Source of the DNA: Candidatus Saccharimonadales bacterium
GTDB taxonomy: Bacteria > Patescibacteriota > Saccharimonadia > Saccharimonadales > UBA10212
Assembly (NCBI GenBank): GCA_035717985.1
Contig: DASTHW010000014.1
Location: 145,691-209,690 of the forward strand
Length of the DNA stretch: 64,000 nt
Direction: 5' to 3'
Under the pieces are notes generated by a model. The model saw only the letters and a list, made by a program, of their open reading frames with translations, ran no database searches and was not told the origin of the DNA. Made by a program: the position numbers and the translations under genes. This document shows, one piece after another, positions 36,330-47,367 of this stretch; position 1 is the first letter of the stretch, and each line of letters begins with the position of its first letter.

Positions 36330-39300
36330 ATGGCCAAAAATCAGGCGACTGATACCCCAACACAAAAACGAGTTTACTTTACAAAACAAGACGACGCGAT
36401 AGACAGGCCCAACCTGGTCAGCCACCAGAATAATTCTTTTCAGTGGTTTATTGACGAGGGACTAGGTGAACTGCTGGCTGAAATCAGTCCGATTGACGAT
36501 TATACCGGCACCAAGCTGTCTATAGCTTTTAAGGATTATCACTTTGAAAAGCCCAAACTGACGGAAGCCGAAGCCCGCGAGAACAACGTTAGCTTTGAAG
36601 CACCGCTGAAAGCCACGGTTATTCTAACCAATAAGGTGACCGGCGAGGTCAAAGAACAGGAAATTTACCTGGGCGACTACCCATGGATGACCAGCCGCGG
36701 CACCTTTGTGATTAACGGCGCCGAGCGGGTGGTTGTATCGCAGTTAATTAGGAGCTCCGGAGTCTTCTTTACGGCCGATCCGCATGGCACCACCAAACTT
36801 TATGGAGCCAAGATCATCCCGGTCCGGGGCGCCTGGCTGGAGTTTGAAACCAGCACCAGCGGGGCTCTGTACGTTAAGATTGACCGCAAGCGCAAAATTG
36901 CCGTCACTACCTTACTACGGGCTTTGGGCCTATCGGAACAACAGATTAGAAGTGCTTTTTCCCATGTTGATACGGCCGAGAATAGCTATCTGACCGCCAC
37001 TTTTGAAAAAGACCCAACTAGCAGTACTAACGAAGCTTTAATTGAGGTTTACCGGCGCCTGCGGCCCGGTGACCTAGCTACCGTTGATAATGCCCGGTCT
37101 CTGCTAGAAAATATGTTCTATAACTTTAAACGCTTTGATTTTGGCCGGGTGGGCCGCTACAAAATCAATAAGCGCCTGAATTTAGACGTACCCAACACTA
37201 TTGAAAACCGGGTACTAAGAATTGACGACCTGCTAGCTATCATCGCCGAGATTATCCGCCTGGATGTCACCCAAGAGCCGGCTGATGAAATCGACTCGCT
37301 AGCTAACCGCCGGGTGAAATTAGTCGGCGAACTAGTTCAGCGGCAATTTAGGATTGGCCTATTGCGCATGGAGCGTAACGCCAAAGACCGCATGAGTATG
37401 AGCGAAATTGAGACGGTTACGCCGGCGCAATTAATTAACGCCCGGCCGGTAGTAGCCGCCGTGCGCGAATTCTTTGCTTCCAGCCAGCTGAGCCAGTTCA
37501 TGGACCAAATCAACCCTTTGAGCGAACTAGCCCACAAGCGCCGCCTATCTTCCATGGGCCCCGGCGGCCTAAGCCGCGAGCGGGCTGGTTTCGAGGTGCG
37601 CGACGCCCACGCTACCCACTACGGCCGTATTTGCCCGGTAGAGACGCCGGAAGGCGCCAACATCGGCTTGGTTCTAAACCTAGCCAGCTATAGCCGGATT
37701 AATGAGTACGGTTTTATTGAGACACCTTACCGCAGGGTTATCAATGCCGTCACGCCCAAAGAGGCGCCTGGCCACATTGCCCGCGCCGATTTAGAGGATG
37801 AAGAAGGCAAAGTGATTGTTAAAAGAGGTCAAAAAATTACCGAGGCTCAGGCTAAAAAACTGGCCACCGTTAAAGATCAAAAGACTTGGCCGGTCCGAGC
37901 TAAAGTTACTAACCAAATCGTTTATCTAGACGCCGCCGAAGAAGAGCAGGCTGTTATTGCCGGTGCCGGTAGCGACATTGGCCCGGACGGCTATTTTGCC
38001 GAGCCACGTATCAGCGCCCGAAACCGCCTAGAACCGGAAGAAGTAGACGCCGACGATGTTACTCACATGGATGCTAGCCGTAGTTTAACGATTGGTTCCA
38101 GCGCCGGTTTGATCCCGTTTGTTGAGAAAAACTACGTCCTGCGTAGCCTTATGGGCTCTAACCAACAGAGGCAGGCCGTACCGCTAATTAAGCCGGAAAG
38201 TCCGATTGTAGGCACCGGCCTTGAGGCTGTAGTCGCCGCTAACACCGGCCAGCTGGTGGTCGCCGAAGAAGACGGCGTGGTAGAAAAAGCCACCGCCGAC
38301 GAAGTAACCGTTAAATATAAGAAGTCCGGTACACATACCTATGAGCCCCAGCACTTTGTCCGTAGTAACGAAGGCAGTTCTATTAACCAAAAAGTAGTCG
38401 TGTCAACTGGCGACAAAGTAAAAGCCGGCGATCCACTGATTGAGGGCATGAGTATTGCCGACGGCGAGCTAGCGCTTGGCAAAGATCTACTGGTAGCCTT
38501 TATGCCCTGGAATGGCTATAACTTCGAAGACGCTATCATCATCTCCCGCCGCCTAGTCCAAGACGACACTCTGACCTCTATTCACATCGTTGATTACATG
38601 ACCGAGGTGCGCGAGACCAAGCTGGGCCCAGAAATTGTCACCCGGGATATCCCGAATGTCTCAGAAGAAGCCCTGCGCCACCTAGATGAGGACGGTATTG
38701 TCCGCATTGGCGCCGAGGTTCACCCTGGCGACATCCTGGTTGGCAAAATTACGCCAAAAGGCGAGCAGGAACTGTCCAGCGAGGAACGGCTCCTGCGGGC
38801 TATCTTTGGCGAGAAAGCTAAAGAAGTTCGCGATACATCTCAACGCATGAGCACCGGTCGTCATGGCAAAGTAGTCGGCGTTAAGGTCTTTTCTCGCGCC
38901 AACGGACATGAACTTAAAGCCGGCGTCATCATGCAGATCCAGGTCTTTGTGGCCCAAATGCGTAAAATCTCTGTCGGCGATAAATTGGGTGGCCGCCACG
39001 GTAACAAAGGCGTTATTGCCCGTATTTTGCCCGTGGAAGACATGCCCTTTACCGAAGACGGCACACCTATTGACGCCATCTTAAATCCGCTAGGCGTTCC
39101 ATCACGTATGAACATTGGCCAGTTGTTTGAGACCCATCTTGGTATGGCCGCTCGGGCTTTAGGCATCCGGGTAGCCAGCCCAGCCTTTAACGGCGTACCT
39201 ATCGGTAAAATTCAGGAACTGCTGAAAGAGGCCAAACTACCCGACGATGGCAAGCAACAGCTATACGACGGCCGCTCTGGTGAACCGTTCTCAGAGCGCA

Positions 39301-39872
39301 CCACTGTGGGCTCGATGTATATCATCAAGCTTAACCACATGGTTTCGGACAAGATTCACGCCCGCTCGACTGGTCCTTACACCATGGTTACTCAGCAACC
39401 GCTGGGCGGAAAAGCCCAAAACGGCGGCCAGCGCTTTGGTGAAATGGAGGTCTGGGCGCTAGAAGCTTACGGCGCCGCCCATACCCTACAGGAAATGCTG
39501 ACTATTAAATCAGACGATGTTTACGGACGGGCCAAAGCCTACGAATCTATCATCAAGGGCACCCAAATTCAGGGTCCCAAAGTGCCGGAGAGCTTTAATG
39601 TGCTGGTTAAAGAACTTCAAGGACTAGGCCTAAAAGTTGACCTGCTAGCCGAAGATCATGTGATTGACGCCGAGCAAGTGCTGGCCCAGAACATCAAGGA
39701 CGAGGCTCATTCTGCCCCGTCAGTCAAGGAAGATAAAGATACTGTCGACGACGCTCAGATAACCGAAGAGGCTGTAGCCGAAGAGCTGGCCTTAATGGAA
39801 GAGGTTGAGGAGGGCGCCGTACCGGTAACCGGCCAGGACATTAGTTTAGAAGATAACCAGGAGGAGGCTTAG
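36330..39872 (+). CDS. rpoB: DNA-directed RNA polymerase beta subunit
   Basis: 1180 aa with canonical RpoB blocks (GTFVINGAERVVVSQL, NMQRQAVPL-like SNQQRQAVPL, GGRHGNKGV, GEMEVWALEAYGAA). An AAGGGAG SD is present. Confidence 0.97.
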   Translation: MAKNQATDTPTQKRVYFTKQDDAIDRPNLVSHQNNSFQWFIDEGLGELLAEISPIDDYTGTKLSIAFKDYHFEKPKLTEAEARENNVSFEAPLKATVILTNKVTGEVKEQEIYLGDYPWMTSRGTFVINGAERVVVSQLIRSSGVFFTADPHGTTKLYGAKIIPVRGAWLEFETSTSGALYVKIDRKRKIAVTTLLRALGLSEQQIRSAFSHVDTAENSYLTATFEKDPTSSTNEALIEVYRRLRPGDLATVDNARSLLENMFYNFKRFDFGRVGRYKINKRLNLDVPNTIENRVLRIDDLLAIIAEIIRLDVTQEPADEIDSLANRRVKLVGELVQRQFRIGLLRMERNAKDRMSMSEIETVTPAQLINARPVVAAVREFFASSQLSQFMDQINPLSELAHKRRLSSMGPGGLSRERAGFEVRDAHATHYGRICPVETPEGANIGLVLNLASYSRINEYGFIETPYRRVINAVTPKEAPGHIARADLEDEEGKVIVKRGQKITEAQAKKLATVKDQKTWPVRAKVTNQIVYLDAAEEEQAVIAGAGSDIGPDGYFAEPRISARNRLEPEEVDADDVTHMDASRSLTIGSSAGLIPFVEKNYVLRSLMGSNQQRQAVPLIKPESPIVGTGLEAVVAANTGQLVVAEEDGVVEKATADEVTVKYKKSGTHTYEPQHFVRSNEGSSINQKVVVSTGDKVKAGDPLIEGMSIADGELALGKDLLVAFMPWNGYNFEDAIIISRRLVQDDTLTSIHIVDYMTEVRETKLGPEIVTRDIPNVSEEALRHLDEDGIVRIGAEVHPGDILVGKITPKGEQELSSEERLLRAIFGEKAKEVRDTSQRMSTGRHGKVVGVKVFSRANGHELKAGVIMQIQVFVAQMRKISVGDKLGGRHGNKGVIARILPVEDMPFTEDGTPIDAILNPLGVPSRMNIGQLFETHLGMAARALGIRVASPAFNGVPIGKIQELLKEAKLPDDGKQQLYDGRSGEPFSERTTVGSMYIIKLNHMVSDKIHARSTGPYTMVTQQPLGGKAQNGGQRFGEMEVWALEAYGAAHTLQEMLTIKSDDVYGRAKAYESIIKGTQIQGPKVPESFNVLVKELQGLGLKVDLLAEDHVIDAEQVLAQNIKDEAHSAPSVKEDKDTVDDAQITEEAVAEELALMEEVEEGAVPVTGQDISLEDNQEEA

Positions 39873-39885
39873 TCGTGATGCCACT

Positions 39886-39914
39886 CCAATTTACACTTAC
39901 CAATTTACATTTGC
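39886..39914 (+). repeat. tandem 14-nt repeat CCAATTTACAYTTR in rpoB-rpoC spacer
   Basis: CCAATTTACACTTA (39886-39899) is immediately followed by CCAATTTACATTTG (39900-39913). The 14-mer CAATTTACATTTGC also occurs at 9645-9658. Confidence 0.45.
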
Positions 39915-39990
39915 CCATTTCTAAGATGGCCAGCAGTTCAGCCAATGATAAATGGCTAATGTTTAATAAAGCGACGGAAAGGAGCTTTTA

Positions 39991-42900
39991 GTGCGCCAGT
40001 ATTCACAAGGAACCAACATTGCCGATTTTGACGCTGTCAGACTAGCCATTGCCAGCCCGGAAGACATTTTGGAATGGAGTTATGGCGAGGTCACCAAGCC
40101 CGAGACTATTAACTACCGCACCCAAAAACCGGAGCGCGACGGTCTATTTTGTGAGCGCATTTTTGGCCCAGTCAAAGACATAAATCCACACGACGCTAAA
40201 TATAAAGGCGTCCGCTCGCGCGAAGCGGCCGTTGATAAAAACGGCGAGCTGGTTACCCGCTCAATTGTGCGCCGCGAGCGCATGGGCCACATCCAGCTGG
40301 CTTCGCCGGTGGTCCACACTTGGTTTTTGCGCGGCACACCTAGCGCCATTGGCCTGATTTTGGGCATGACCGTTAAAAACCTCGAGCGCGCGGCTTACTT
40401 TGCCAGCTACATCGTTAAAAGTGTAGACACCGCGGTCCGCGACAAAATCATGGAAGACCGCACCAGCGAATTTACGGCCGCCGAGCAGGCTATCAATGCC
40501 CGCTATGAAAAAGAAGCTGAAAAAGAAGGCGCCGACGTACGGGCTCTGGCAGAAGCCAGAACCAAAGAGCTGGAAGAGCTAGCGGCTGAATTTAACACCT
40601 TTAAAGAGCAGGTTGATAGCCTAGAGAAACTGCGCCTGATGAGTGAAACTGATTATCGGAACCTGCCAGAAGAACTGCAGGCTGTCGTTACTGTCGGTAT
40701 GGGCGGCTCAGCCCTTAAGGATCTGCTGGATGAAGTCGATCTAGAAAAACTGATTGAAAACTTAACGGCTGAGGCTGAAGAGGCTAAGGGCCAGCGCAAG
40801 AAGAAAATCATGAAGCGCCTGCGTCTGCTGGAGAGCATGCATAGAGCCGGTATCAAGCCTTCGAGCATGTGTGTCAGCGTCTTACCGGTTATCCCGCCGG
40901 ATCTAAGACCAATGGTCCAGCTAACCGGCGGCCGGTTTGCTACGTCTGATCTAAACGACCTATATCGCCGCGTCATTAACCGCAATAACCGCCTGAAGAA
41001 GCTGATTGAGCTTAACGCGCCGGAAGTCATCCGCCGAAACGAGCAGAGAATGCTCCAAGAGGCAGTTGACGCTCTGATTGACAATAACAGCGCCCGCTCA
41101 GGCCGGGCGGTGGCCGCCACCGGCCAGCGCCGCCGGCTAAAGAGCCTATCTGACATGCTAAAAGGCAAGCAGGGCCGCTTCCGCCAAAACCTACTGGGTA
41201 AGCGCGTAGACTATTCCGGCCGAAGCGTGATTGTAGCCGGTCCGGAACTGAAGATGTATCAGTGCGGCCTACCCAAAACTATGGCGCTGGAGCTGTTCAA
41301 GCCGTTCGTCATTGGCCGCTTGATCGACCAGGAGCTAGCCCACAACATCCGAAGTGCCACCCGCATGATTGAAATGGGTGAGTCAGCTGTCTGGGACGCC
41401 CTGGATGAGGTAATTAAAGGCAAATACGTGCTACTTAACCGAGCGCCCAGCCTGCACCGACTCAGCATTCAAGCTTTTCAGCCCGTGCTGATTGAAGGTA
41501 AAGCTATTCAGCTTCACCCGCTGGTTTGTAAAGGTTTTAACGCCGACTTTGACGGCGACCAAATGGCCGTGCACCTGCCGCTGTCGGATATGGCTCAGTG
41601 GGAGGCCCGCGAAATTATGGCTTCCAATAAGAATTTGCTGAAGCCGGCCGACGGCGCCCCGATTCTGCACGTTGAGCAAGATATCGTCTTAGGTTGTTAC
41701 TACCTAACCTACGAGCGCCCTGGTTCTGAAAACAAGCCCTACGCGCCTTATGCCAGCTTAGAAGAAGTGCTGATGGCCGTTGACGGCGGCAAACTAAGCG
41801 TTCAGAGCCGAGTTAAGGTGCCTTTCCGCGGTGAAAGCCGTGAAACCACCGTTGGCCGCCTGCTGTTTAACGAAATCTTCCCAGAAGATTTCGCTTTCCA
41901 AAACACCGCTATGTCCAACAAGCGCCTGGATAAGGTAATGTCGACCATCTATGCCAAATACGGCCAGGATGAAACCGCCCGCATAGCTGACGATCTAAAA
42001 GATCTTGGCTTCCGCTATGCTACTTTCTCTGGCTTGTCTGTCGGTATGGATGACTTTTCCGACCTCAAGAATCTAGCCAAAATTGTGGCCGACGGTGAGG
42101 TTAAAGCAACTGAAATTTCCGAGCAGTATGCCGCCGGCTTCATTACTGATGAAGAGCGTTACCGTCTGACCGTAGAGACCTGGACGCACGTCGACGCCGA
42201 GGTTGAAAAAGCTCTGGCCGAGCAGTTTAGCCACGAGGACAACACCATGAGTATTGCCGTCGCTAGCGGCGCCCGTGGTAACCTTTCCCAAATGAAAGAT
42301 TCCGTCGGTATGATTGGCGTCCGCGCGGATGCTACCGGCCGGGCCATGGAGCTTCCAGTGCGGTCTAACTATAAATATGGCCTAGACCCGCTGGAGTACT
42401 TCACAGCCACCCGTGGTACTCGAAAATCGCTAGTTGATATTGCCCTAAGAACAGCTGACTCCGGCTATCTGACCCGCCGTCTAGTAGACGTCGCTCAAGA
42501 TGTATTCACGGTTGAGCCGGAAGCCGATGACCCAGGTCTCGCGGTTTACCGCTCAGATTCTGAGTTGGTCGGCACCACCTTTGGTTCTCGGCTTGAAGGC
42601 CGCTTTACAGCGGAAGCCGTTAAAAAGCATATTAAAGCCGGCCAGCTGATTACACCCGAGATTGCTGACGCTATTGAGGCCGATGAGTCAGTTGAGGAAG
42701 TCAAGATTAAGAGTGTGCTATCTTGCACAAGCGTCAAAGGCGTTAGCCGCGAGAGCTACGGCATAGATCTTGCTACCGGCGAGCTGGTAGCCGCCGACTA
42801 TCCTATCGGCGTAATTGCCGCTCAGTCTATCGGCGAGCCTGGCACCCAGCTATCTCTTGACTCTAAGCACCGCGCCGGTGCTGTTACCAGCGGCGACGAC

Positions 42901-43827
42901 GTCACCCAGGGTCTAACCCGTGTAGAGGAAATCCTAGAAGTCAGGACGCCAAAAGGCCAGGCCTACCTGACCGACATTGCTGGTAGTGTGAATTCCTGGG
43001 AAGAGGGCGACCACTATATTGTCCAAGTGACCGCTAAGGAACAAAAACCGCTGAAACTGCCCTTAAACGGCCGTGTGCCGCAGGTAAGTGACGGCGATGA
43101 GGTGGTAATTGGCGATGTGCTGGCTACCCAAGACGACGGTAGTGAGCCAATCACCGCCGCCATGGCCGGTAAGGTTCACGTAACCGACACTACCATCACC
43201 ATCAACCCTAGTGCTAAAAGCCAAGTCCGCTATGAGATCCCCGGCTTCAAGCAATTATTAGTCAAAGACGGCGACGAAGTGATCGCCGGTCAGCGTCTGA
43301 CGAATGGTTCGATTAACTTACATGAGCTAATGCGTCTGCAGGGCGTTGAGGCGACTCAGCGCTACATCATGAACGAAGTGCTGTACATCTTTGCCAGCCA
43401 AGGCCAAAACATCGCCGATAAGCACCTAGAGGTGATTGTCCGGCAAATGTTTAGCCGCGTACAGATTGAGGATTCCGGCGACAGCGAGTTCATCACCGGT
43501 GACATTGTCAGTAAATTGTCGGTAGCTGAAACCAACGAAGCTCTGCTGGCTAAAGGTAAGAATCCGGTCAAATATAACCAGCTACTGCTTGGTATTACCA
43601 AGGCGTCTTTGAGCACCGATTCCTTCCTGAGCGCCGCTTCGTTCCAGGACACCACCCGCGTACTGATAGGCGCCGCCACTAGCGGTAAAGTAGATCACCT
43701 GTACGGTTTGAAGGAAAATGTCATCCTGGGCCGGCGTATCCCAGTAGGAACCGGCGCCATACCGGAAGATGAAGAAGAGGCCGACATAGCCGAGCAAGAG
43801 GCTGAGACGGTTGAAGCAAGGAGTTAA
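39991..43827 (+). CDS. rpoC: DNA-directed RNA polymerase beta' subunit
   Basis: 1278 aa with NADFDGDQMAVH, the bridge helix and trigger-loop regions. GTG start behind an AAAGGAG SD. Confidence 0.97.
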   Translation: MRQYSQGTNIADFDAVRLAIASPEDILEWSYGEVTKPETINYRTQKPERDGLFCERIFGPVKDINPHDAKYKGVRSREAAVDKNGELVTRSIVRRERMGHIQLASPVVHTWFLRGTPSAIGLILGMTVKNLERAAYFASYIVKSVDTAVRDKIMEDRTSEFTAAEQAINARYEKEAEKEGADVRALAEARTKELEELAAEFNTFKEQVDSLEKLRLMSETDYRNLPEELQAVVTVGMGGSALKDLLDEVDLEKLIENLTAEAEEAKGQRKKKIMKRLRLLESMHRAGIKPSSMCVSVLPVIPPDLRPMVQLTGGRFATSDLNDLYRRVINRNNRLKKLIELNAPEVIRRNEQRMLQEAVDALIDNNSARSGRAVAATGQRRRLKSLSDMLKGKQGRFRQNLLGKRVDYSGRSVIVAGPELKMYQCGLPKTMALELFKPFVIGRLIDQELAHNIRSATRMIEMGESAVWDALDEVIKGKYVLLNRAPSLHRLSIQAFQPVLIEGKAIQLHPLVCKGFNADFDGDQMAVHLPLSDMAQWEAREIMASNKNLLKPADGAPILHVEQDIVLGCYYLTYERPGSENKPYAPYASLEEVLMAVDGGKLSVQSRVKVPFRGESRETTVGRLLFNEIFPEDFAFQNTAMSNKRLDKVMSTIYAKYGQDETARIADDLKDLGFRYATFSGLSVGMDDFSDLKNLAKIVADGEVKATEISEQYAAGFITDEERYRLTVETWTHVDAEVEKALAEQFSHEDNTMSIAVASGARGNLSQMKDSVGMIGVRADATGRAMELPVRSNYKYGLDPLEYFTATRGTRKSLVDIALRTADSGYLTRRLVDVAQDVFTVEPEADDPGLAVYRSDSELVGTTFGSRLEGRFTAEAVKKHIKAGQLITPEIADAIEADESVEEVKIKSVLSCTSVKGVSRESYGIDLATGELVAADYPIGVIAAQSIGEPGTQLSLDSKHRAGAVTSGDDVTQGLTRVEEILEVRTPKGQAYLTDIAGSVNSWEEGDHYIVQVTAKEQKPLKLPLNGRVPQVSDGDEVVIGDVLATQDDGSEPITAAMAGKVHVTDTTITINPSAKSQVRYEIPGFKQLLVKDGDEVIAGQRLTNGSINLHELMRLQGVEATQRYIMNEVLYIFASQGQNIADKHLEVIVRQMFSRVQIEDSGDSEFITGDIVSKLSVAETNEALLAKGKNPVKYNQLLLGITKASLSTDSFLSAASFQDTTRVLIGAATSGKVDHLYGLKENVILGRRIPVGTGAIPEDEEEADIAEQEAETVEARS

Positions 43828-43868
43828 ATTTGTTAAACTTAACAGTCGAATCTCTAGGAGAAGTGTAA

Positions 43869-44282
43869 GTGCCAACTATTAACCAACTAGTCCGAAAATC
43901 TAGAAAAAGCACATCCGGCAAAAGTAAAAGCCCGGCTCTACTTCGAGTGACCAATAATCTAAAGACAAAAAGCTATGAGCGGCCTAGCCCGTTTAAGCGC
44001 GGTGTTTGTGTGCGTGTAACCACTAAAACTCCTAAGAAACCTAACTCGGCTTTGCGCAAAGTGGCCCGCGTGCGCCTGACAAACGGCCATGAAGTCTGGG
44101 CCTACATTGGCGGCGAGGGCCATAATCTGCAGGAACACGCCGTCGTGCTAGTGCGCGGCGGTCGGGTTAAGGATTTGCCTGGCGTGCGTTACCACATAGT
44201 CCGCGGCTCGTTAGACCTGCAAGGTGTGCAGAACCGCAAGCAGGGCCGCAGTAAATACGGCTCTAAGAAAGAGGGCAAGTAA
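43869..44282 (+). CDS. rpsL: 30S ribosomal protein S12
   Basis: [13 protein letters not shown]...[19 protein letters not shown] start behind an AGGAG SD. Confidence 0.96.
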   Translation: MPTINQLVRKSRKSTSGKSKSPALLRVTNNLKTKSYERPSPFKRGVCVRVTTKTPKKPNSALRKVARVRLTNGHEVWAYIGGEGHNLQEHAVVLVRGGRVKDLPGVRYHIVRGSLDLQGVQNRKQGRSKYGSKKEGK

Positions 44283-44479
44283 TGAGTGGCGAAGCTATTT
44301 CATCAGAGACAGCCATGCCGGAAACGGGCAGAGGCGAACACATAGATTCCTTAGTGCGGCGCTGGAAAGCTGGTGAAGCACACACGATGACGGGCGAGGA
44401 AGTTGACGAATTGGATAATGCCATTGAACTCGGTCTTGTTACACAGGAAGAATTAATGGAGAGGCCCGATGCCGCGTAA
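44282..44479 (+). CDS. ORFan (65 aa) intercalated between rpsL and rpsG
   Basis: The ATG overlaps the rpsL stop (TAATG) behind AAAGAGGG. Its stop lies 11 nt inside rpsG. Acidic, no known domain. Confidence 0.5.
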   Translation: MSGEAISSETAMPETGRGEHIDSLVRRWKAGEAHTMTGEEVDELDNAIELGLVTQEELMERPDAA

Positions 44480-44948
44480 AGTTACCAAATCACTTGTCCG
44501 TCCGGTAGAACCAGACCGCCTATATAATTCCATAGTTGTAGCTAAACTCATTAACCGGGTCATGCTGGACGGCAAGAAACAGCTGGCCGAGCGCTTGGTT
44601 TATGGTGGCATGCAAAAAGCCGCCGATAAGCTCAAAGTGCAGAATCCACTAGAAGTCTTTGAGCAGGCGTTTGGCAATATTCGTCCGCACCTAGAGACCC
44701 GCTCGCGCCGGGTTGGTGGTGCCAACTATCAGATCCCGTTTGAGGTTAAAGGCCAGCGCCAACAGCACCTGACTATTATGTGGTTTGTCGAGGCCGCCAG
44801 GGCCCGCTCCGGCATGAGCATGGAAGACCGCATAGCCGCAGAATTAGTTGATGCCTATAACAACACCGGCGGAGCCGTTAAGAAAAAAGAAGATACCCAC
44901 CGCATGGCTGAGGCCAACCGCGCCTTTGCCCACTTCGCCAGGAGCTAA
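44469..44948 (+). CDS. rpsG: 30S ribosomal protein S7
   Basis: [21 protein letters not shown]...[21 protein letters not shown] is present. Confidence 0.96.
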   Translation: MPRKVTKSLVRPVEPDRLYNSIVVAKLINRVMLDGKKQLAERLVYGGMQKAADKLKVQNPLEVFEQAFGNIRPHLETRSRRVGGANYQIPFEVKGQRQQHLTIMWFVEAARARSGMSMEDRIAAELVDAYNNTGGAVKKKEDTHRMAEANRAFAHFARS

Positions 44949-44951
44949 CTC

Positions 44952-45275
44952 ATGGAAGCTATAGATACGAAACTGGCCAATTTAGTTTATATGCCCGAAG
45001 GCGTTTGTTCGGCCGATTGTCCTTTGGCGCATGGCCATAGGGCTAATCCTGACTTTCTTCAAGTCTCGGTCGACGGTGGGGAAGAACTCCCGACCGGGAT
45101 TACCGTAAGCTCATTCAATGGCCGCTTGCGGACTACTGAAATACGGATACCCGGTGCCCTGCGCGCGAGTGGAGTAACTGAAATGTTAAACAAGCCAACA
45201 GGCGATGCCGTTGATGACGGGCATCTGGCCTGCAATGCGCTCTGTGCACTAGCCGCGGCCAGAAGGGGTGAGTAG
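44952..45275 (+). CDS. ORFan (107 aa, two CxxxC motifs) intercalated between rpsG and fusA
   Basis: The ATG lies 3 nt after the rpsG stop, behind AGGAG. Its TAG stop overlaps the fusA GTG (TAGTG). It carries C19xxxC23xxxHxH and H91xxC94xxxC98. Confidence 0.55.
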   Translation: MEAIDTKLANLVYMPEGVCSADCPLAHGHRANPDFLQVSVDGGEELPTGITVSSFNGRLRTTEIRIPGALRASGVTEMLNKPTGDAVDDGHLACNALCALAAARRGE

Positions 45276-47362
45276 TGGCAGAGAAAAAATACGCACTCGA
45301 GCATGTTAGAAATATCGGTATCATTGCCCACATTGACGCTGGTAAAACCACCACCACCGAAGGCATTCTTTACCGCACCGGTTTGAAGCACAAGATTGGC
45401 GAAGTGCACGCCGGCGAGGCCACAACCGACTGGATGGCCCAGGAAAAAGAGCGGGGTATTACTATTACCGCCGCCGCCGTGACCTGTTTTTGGAAAGACC
45501 GCAAGATAAACATTATCGATACGCCCGGCCACATCGACTTCACGGTTGAGGTGGAGCGGAGCCTGCGCGTGCTAGACGGCGCGGTAACCGTTTTTGACGG
45601 CAAGATGGGCGTGGAGTCTCAATCAGAGACCGTCTGGCGCCAAGCCGACAAATACGGCGTGCCCAGAATTTGTTTTATCAATAAGATCAACCAGACCGGC
45701 GGCGATTTTTATAAATCGCTGGAGTCTATCCACCACCGCTTAAATAAGCGGGCTTTCCCGATCCATCTGCCAATTGGCTTTGAGCAGTCCGTTAAGGGCA
45801 TAGTCGACCTGATTGATATGAAGGCCTATACCTATAACGAGTACACCGACCACGAGCTAAAGGTAGGTGAAATCCCTTCTGATATGGCCGATTCTGTTAG
45901 AAAATACCGCTCGCTTTTGATTGAAAACGCCGTCGCCGAAGACGAGCAAATGCTGGAAAAGTATTTTGAAGTTGGCGAAGAAGGCTTAAGCGAAGATGAC
46001 ATTAAAAAAGCTATCCGCTCAGCCGTACTATCGGGAAATTTCTTTGCCGTCACCGGTGGTGATGGCCGCGGCGTGATTGTTGAGAAACTTCTAGACGCGA
46101 TTGCCGATTTTCTGCCTAGTCCGATTGACCGCGGTTCCACCTGGGGCACTAACCCCAAAAGCGGTGACGAGCTGGAGCGAAAACCTGAGGAATCAGAGCC
46201 ATTTTCAGCTTTGGCCTTTAAGATTGCCACTGATCCGTTTGTCGGCAAGCTAGCTTTTTTTAGAGTTTATTCAGGTAAGGTAACGGCCGGGAGCTATATC
46301 TTGAACAGTTCTACCGGCGAGAAAGAGCGCGTCGGCCGGATTGTGCGGATGCACTCTAATGACCGGACTGATGTTACTGAAGTCGGCGCCGGCGACATTG
46401 CCGCCATTGTGGGCCTTAAAGGCACTACTACCGGCAATACGCTTTGTGACCCCGCGAGCCCCATTTTGCTAGAAAGTATTACTTTCCCAGAGCCGCCGGT
46501 GTCTATCGCTATTGAGCCTAAAACTAAGGCCGACCAGGAAAAAATGAGCCTGGCGCTGGGCCGCCTAGCAGAAGAAGACCCGACCTTCCGCATCCGGGTG
46601 GACCACGAGACCGGCCAGACAATCATCTCTGGTATGGGTGAGCTTCACCTTGAAATTATTGTCGATAGAATGAAGCGGGAGTTCACAGTGGAGGCTAACG
46701 TAGGCCAGCCGCAGGTAGCCTACCGGGAGACCATCCGTAAAGACGGCGTCGAGGCCGAGGGTAAATTTATACGCCAGTCCGGTGGCCGCGGCCAGTACGG
46801 CCATGTTTGGCTAAGATTATCTCAAAATGAGGCCGGCAAGGGCTTTGAGTTTATCAACAGCATCAAAGGCGGCGTGGTACCCAGCGAATATATCCCCGCT
46901 ATCCGTAGTGGTATTGAAGAAGCTATGAGTAATGGTGTGCTGGCCGGCTACCCGGTTGTCGATATCCGGGCAGAGCTTTATGACGGCTCTTTCCATGAAG
47001 TTGACTCCTCTGAAATGGCCTTTAAAATTGCCGGCTCTATGGCCCTCCAAGAAGGCGTCAAAAAGGCCGCGCCGGTGCTGATGGAACCAATTATGAAAGT
47101 TGTCGTCGTGACACCGGAAGATTTTATGGGTGATGTAATCGGCGACCTTAATGCTAAGCGCGGCCGAGTTGAATCAATGGATGACCTGCAAAACTCAGTT
47201 AAGCAAATTACAGCCTTTGTGCCCTTAGGCGAAATGTTTGGCTATACCACTAACCTGCGTTCAATGACTCAAGGTCGAGCCTCAAGCTCGATGGAGCTAG
47301 ACCACTACGCCGATGTGCCGGGTAATGTAGCCCAAGAAATCATAGCTAAATCCGGCAAGTAA
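45275..47362 (+). CDS. fusA: elongation factor G
   Basis: 695 aa with [20 protein letters not shown] and NKINQ, and all five EF-G domains. GTG start behind GGGGTGAG. Confidence 0.97.
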   Translation: MAEKKYALEHVRNIGIIAHIDAGKTTTTEGILYRTGLKHKIGEVHAGEATTDWMAQEKERGITITAAAVTCFWKDRKINIIDTPGHIDFTVEVERSLRVLDGAVTVFDGKMGVESQSETVWRQADKYGVPRICFINKINQTGGDFYKSLESIHHRLNKRAFPIHLPIGFEQSVKGIVDLIDMKAYTYNEYTDHELKVGEIPSDMADSVRKYRSLLIENAVAEDEQMLEKYFEVGEEGLSEDDIKKAIRSAVLSGNFFAVTGGDGRGVIVEKLLDAIADFLPSPIDRGSTWGTNPKSGDELERKPEESEPFSALAFKIATDPFVGKLAFFRVYSGKVTAGSYILNSSTGEKERVGRIVRMHSNDRTDVTEVGAGDIAAIVGLKGTTTGNTLCDPASPILLESITFPEPPVSIAIEPKTKADQEKMSLALGRLAEEDPTFRIRVDHETGQTIISGMGELHLEIIVDRMKREFTVEANVGQPQVAYRETIRKDGVEAEGKFIRQSGGRGQYGHVWLRLSQNEAGKGFEFINSIKGGVVPSEYIPAIRSGIEEAMSNGVLAGYPVVDIRAELYDGSFHEVDSSEMAFKIAGSMALQEGVKKAAPVLMEPIMKVVVVTPEDFMGDVIGDLNAKRGRVESMDDLQNSVKQITAFVPLGEMFGYTTNLRSMTQGRASSSMELDHYADVPGNVAQEIIAKSGK

Positions 47363-47367
47363 GCTCT

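Noticed and set aside
40653-41168. 171-aa minus-strand ORF, plus many other 60-140-aa antisense ORFs inside dnaE, clpC, rpoB, rpoC, fusA, tuf, recG and the PBP gene
   Set aside because: They are S/R/A-rich antisense shadows inside strongly supported conserved genes.
45059-45532. 157-aa minus-strand ORF spanning the rpsG-fusA spacer
   Set aside because: More than half of it is antisense to the conserved EF-G N-terminus. The plus-strand 107-aa ORF has an SD and stop/start coupling.
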